Source: the human T2T-CHM13v2.0 reference genome, Homo sapiens
Reading direction: 5' to 3' (one strand)
DNA: 64,000 nt
Assembly: GCF_009914755.1 (NCBI RefSeq)
Contig: NC_060939.1
The translations under genes were made by a program, and so were the position numbers. Below are positions 60,126 to 64,000 of this stretch, piece by piece; the stretch's first letter is position 1, and each line of letters starts with the position of its first letter. The notes beneath the pieces are model-generated. The model saw only the letters and a program-made list of their open reading frames with translations. It was not told the origin of the DNA and searched no databases.

Positions 60126-61909
60126 GAATGGAGCGGAGAGGCCAGCTTTCTGGTGCCGGAATGAGAATTGGGAATCATATAAGCATGCTGGAGCCTTCTG
60201 GAGGTCAAGGAGGTCTGCTGGGTGAGGAAGCTTTCTGGTTACTTCCCAAGGGGCTAGGCCAGGCTCTTCCATTTGGGTCCAGTTTCTACCTCCTTCCTGC
60301 TTTCTTTCAGGCATACATGAGTCATCTCCTTCTCCCCTCAGGGGCTTGAATCTTGCCTGGCCCCCAGAGGTGACAATCACTGCAGGACAGAGCCACACCG
60401 TAGTAAGCAAGTTACACTCCGCTGTGGGGAGCCGGCATCCCAGCCTGGAGGAGGAGACCCTGTCCTGGGCCTAACCCGCAGATAGGAGCTGAGTCATGAT
60501 TTGGTAGGTCAGCCTTGGCCCCTGGCTGAAGCAAGGGGGAAAAGCATCAGAGAAGAACATGGTTAGGACAAGGGGCTGAGGGTCATTGCTGCTTTCAGTT
60601 TCACCCCTCATGTGCTGTGTGACCTTGACAAAAATCTTCACTCTCTAAACAAGCCAGAGCTGGGAAATCTGCCCGCTAATGCTTTGCATATGTATGTTGC
60701 AAGGAATAATGAGACAGGCTCCACGAAGCATGTTCTGTCCTTGGGGGACAAACAGTACAAGCTATTTATTTCAAGAGCATGGCTTAACCAGCTCATCCAG
60801 CTTAGCCCAGAAACACCCCTGGCTATCCTGGCATGATCTCTGTAGAAGCAAGAAGGTCTAATTAGGTGTCCTTTTCTGCCTGGAGCCCAGTTGGCCCACT
60901 CTGAGCAGAAGGCAAAATGCTGTTGGTCTGGCATTCAAGGTCCCACGTCTCTGTCCATGGCTGTGTCTTAAACTCATTCATTCATCAGGAAATCTTTATT
61001 GAATCCTTCATCTGCACGAGGCCCTGTGGTGGGCCCTGGAGGCGGGGGGCAAAACTGGAAACATGCTGGTCTTTGGACCTCCGGTTTCAATTGCTATCAA
61101 CCCCACAATGCTGCACCTCATGTGCCACCGATTTCCCACTCTCCTCTGTCCCCTTGCACAGCCTGTCCCTTCTGTCCAGAAAGCCCTTCCTCTCCTCTGC
61201 CTGCCAGATCCTCACTTCTCCTTCAGGTGTCCTCTCCTCTGTGAGTCTCCATGGACTGCATGAAGCAGAGTGAATCACTCTTTGCTATGTGGCTCTGAGA
61301 GATGTGACAGCCTCTCTGGCTTTGGTCTTCCTGGTGTGGAATGTGGCTGCACCCACTCTGTAGAGTGGCCGACAGTCCTGGATTACTTTCAGGGGGCTTC
61401 ATGACTCAAAGCCAAGCAGGATCTCATTTTGAGATGGGTTCACCCATCAATCTGCCTCAGGACCCAGACCCTGCAGCCAGCATTCCATCCAGCCTCTGGG
61501 AGGCAGTTTTGGTTCAGACAAGGCCATGTGTTACATAGCCTTACAGAGAGAGGGCTGGAGGGCAGGGTGCATGGATAGAAGGTACAGAAGACTCCAGGAT
61601 GCTTGCATTAGAATAAAATGAGAAGAAGGCATACTTTGGTGTTTGATTTATTGGTGTGCTCTCCTTTAGAAGAGAGCCTGGAAGAGTCTGCCTTATTTTC
61701 CAACCTGAGGAGGAAGTGCAGTCCACGGGCAGGCCGAGGGTGGGTAGGTGGGGCGTGGCAGGGCAGGAGGTAGCTGCTGACCACCTGCCTTGACGTAACG
61801 CATGACCCATCTGTTCCCCTCCCTTAGAACCCACCCGTCCTGGCAAATAGGCCCCATGTTCCTGTCTCTAATCCTCCCAAGAGTCCTGACCACTTTCTTC
61901 TTTACCCTC

Positions 61910-62441
61910 TGTTTTAAAATATACATTAAGAGAGAATGTGAGGAACAGCAGGACCAACAGATCAGGAGGCAGCTGCCCTTGAAAAGATGGTTTGTTACTC
62001 ACAGTTCCCAAGACAAGGGAGTGTGCCATGGGGGGTCGTGCCAGGAAGCACAGGACTGGGCGGGAGGCAGAGGCAGCAGGAATAAAACATGGACAAGAGC
62101 CTCTACTGTGGTTCCATGGGAAGGACTGGGCAAGGCAGGGTAGACAGGCCAGGGATTGGCCTGTTTGATTAATTTCTGCAGGCTTTGGGGTGTTGGGCCT
62201 GTCTCTAGTTGCCTGGTACTCGCCCTGGGGCAACGCGGGGAGGTGGGGGTGGCTGGAAGGATGGGGGTGTGGCCAGGGGTGTGGCCTCTGGATTGGTTGG
62301 CTCACATTTGAGGAGCACGCTGTGGGGGTGAGTTCTTTATTCTCTCTAGGAAATAGTCCTGGGAGGGGCCATCCCTTCAGGGTTGGCAAGGCCCCAGATG
62401 TCAAAGCATCAGGAAACAGAAAATAAAAGACATGGTTATAT
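61910..62441 (-). mobile_element. ERVL LTR (MER54/MER74-like)
   Basis: TTTGTTACTCACAGTTCCCAAG...GGCAAGAGCC-like...CAAGGCCCCAGATGTCAAAGCATCAG; subfamily uncertain. Confidence 0.65.
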
Positions 62442-63248
62442 CTCCTCACACCCAGGAGCACAGCTCTCTGGCCTCCACGTGGCTCTGCACCTCAGCCCTG
62501 GATTCTCATCCCTGGTGGGGCTGGGGGTCCTTTGTGGATAGGCACGGGCCTCATGCCACTTGAGAGGGGGAACCTGGACCCAGCCTATGTCCTGCCTAGC
62601 ACCCACCAGGGTGTGGCATGAAAGAGACTGTGGAGAATGGAAGGGGAAGCTCTGGTGCCCACCAGGAAGGCATGTGGGGAGGGGTGGTGTGGGCTGTGGT
62701 ATGGGGGATGCACGGAAGAACAAGGGCTCCGGGAAGGACTGGAACAACACGCAAGGCCACAGGAAAGAGGCTTTGTCCTTGCCTGGAATTCCTATGCCTT
62801 TCTAAAGGATCAACTTATACAGAGGGGTAGAGCAGACTGGATGCGATTCTCAGAGTAGTCAGAAGTGTGGCACCCAGAGTTACCTGCAGGCTTTTGCTGA
62901 AAGCGATCATGTGGCACAGCTGGGAATGACCCCACAGCCAGGGACTGGGCAGAGGGGGTATCCAAACAGTGTGGCCGGTGAGCCCTGGTTTGTAGACCCC
63001 TGGCTTGGAACAGTGGGGATCCCAGGCATGGGCAGGGGGCAACAGGGGGAGCACATTGCCTGAAGGGTGAGCTGGGAGAGCTTTGAGTAGGAAGCAGTAA
63101 AGGGAGCCCCTGTTAGCGGTCTGAAAAGAGTGACTTTGGTATTGGTGAGGTGGTAGGGAGCAAGGCGAGCCAGGCGGCTCCTGCAACAGGCCTGAGCCGG
63201 AGCAGTGCCCACAGGGATGGACATGTGGGAATTTAAGACAAAGGACAT

Positions 63249-63378
63249 GGGCTGGGTACGGTGGCTCACGCCTGTAATCCCATCACTTAGGGAGGCCAAG
63301 GCAGGAGGATCCCTTGAGGCCAGAAGTTCGAGACCAGCATAGTGAGATCCCATCTCTACAAAAAAGGAAAAAAAACCA
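63249..63378 (+). mobile_element. Alu left monomer (FLAM/AluJ-like)
   Basis: Single arm plus A-rich tail. Confidence 0.85.
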
Positions 63379-63917
63379 AAGTGACAGGACTTGGGGAGGT
63401 TCTGTCTATGGGCTGGCTCTCAGGTTTCTCACTTTTGTAAAAACGGAGCAAGGTGGAGCCACTCATTGAGACACACAGGCCCCGGGCGGGAGCCGGGATT
63501 CTGAGAAATGTCCGCTGTCAATTGTGGGAGACTCTGGAGAAGGAGGAAGTGGCGCTCCCCACAGTCTGTTCCATGGAATGCTAATAGCTGAACTAAACAG
63601 CCACAGCTACGACCGCTCTCAGCACTTTAAGATACTATTCCATTCCCTCTGGCACCTGCTGTCAGACTGTTATTCCTTCCAGGGTGCCTGTCTTTTCTCT
63701 GGTTGCTTTTAAGATTTCTTCTTCCTCCTTGATCTCTGTAGTTTCAATATGATGTATGAGGTGTGGATTCACTTCTGTGCATTGTCACTCTTGTCTTCAA
63801 TTCTTGCACATCCCCAGCCATGATCTCAATACATTTCCTCTTCCATTTCTTTGATTCTCATCTCTGGAGTGGCGTTTAGACAGAAGTCAACACCTCTCAA
63901 ACTCTTTGCCTAACTAC

Positions 63918-64000
63918 TTTTTTGTGTGTGTGTGTGAGATGGAGTCTTGCTCTGTCACCCAGGCTGGAGTGCAATGGTGTGATCTTGGCTCACTGTAACC
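63918..64000 (-). mobile_element. Alu (cut by the window end)
   Basis: GAGATGGAGTCTTGCTCTGTCACCCAGGCTGGAGTGCA. Confidence 0.9.

Larger units (their letters stand above)
58566..62977 (+). other. Candidate spliced exon chain (58566-58595, 58838-58871, 60311-60402, 60654-60691, 62808-62977); gene or pseudogene not recognised
   Basis: AG/GT boundaries with matching phases give 121 stop-free codons. Assembled by hand, with no transcript or homology evidence. Confidence 0.35.

Overview
Primate (most likely human) genomic DNA. It is repeat-rich and has no confidently identifiable protein-coding gene; the ORF track is mostly L1, Alu, LTR or tandem-repeat translation. Subfamily names come from recalled consensus sequences, not a search, and most repeat boundaries are approximate. 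1-14.2 kb is AT-rich and Alu-free, with a full-length THE1, L1MA, MST, MLT2 and a 5'-inverted L1PA. It switches to a more GC-rich, Alu-dense domain near a truncated MST LTR at about 14,242. The centre holds a composite module: a CpG island with a 44-unit 22/25-bp GC-box minisatellite (33454-34490), a CTCF-like motif and a strong splice donor (34571/34572). This is bracketed by ~205-bp inverted repeats (32514-32718 and 35108-35319), the right copy of which interrupts an MLT1 LTR. About 41.7-57 kb is a nested block of minus-strand L1 and Alu. About 57.7-63 kb contains a phase-consistent chain of small candidate + strand exons that may belong to an unrecognised or decayed gene.
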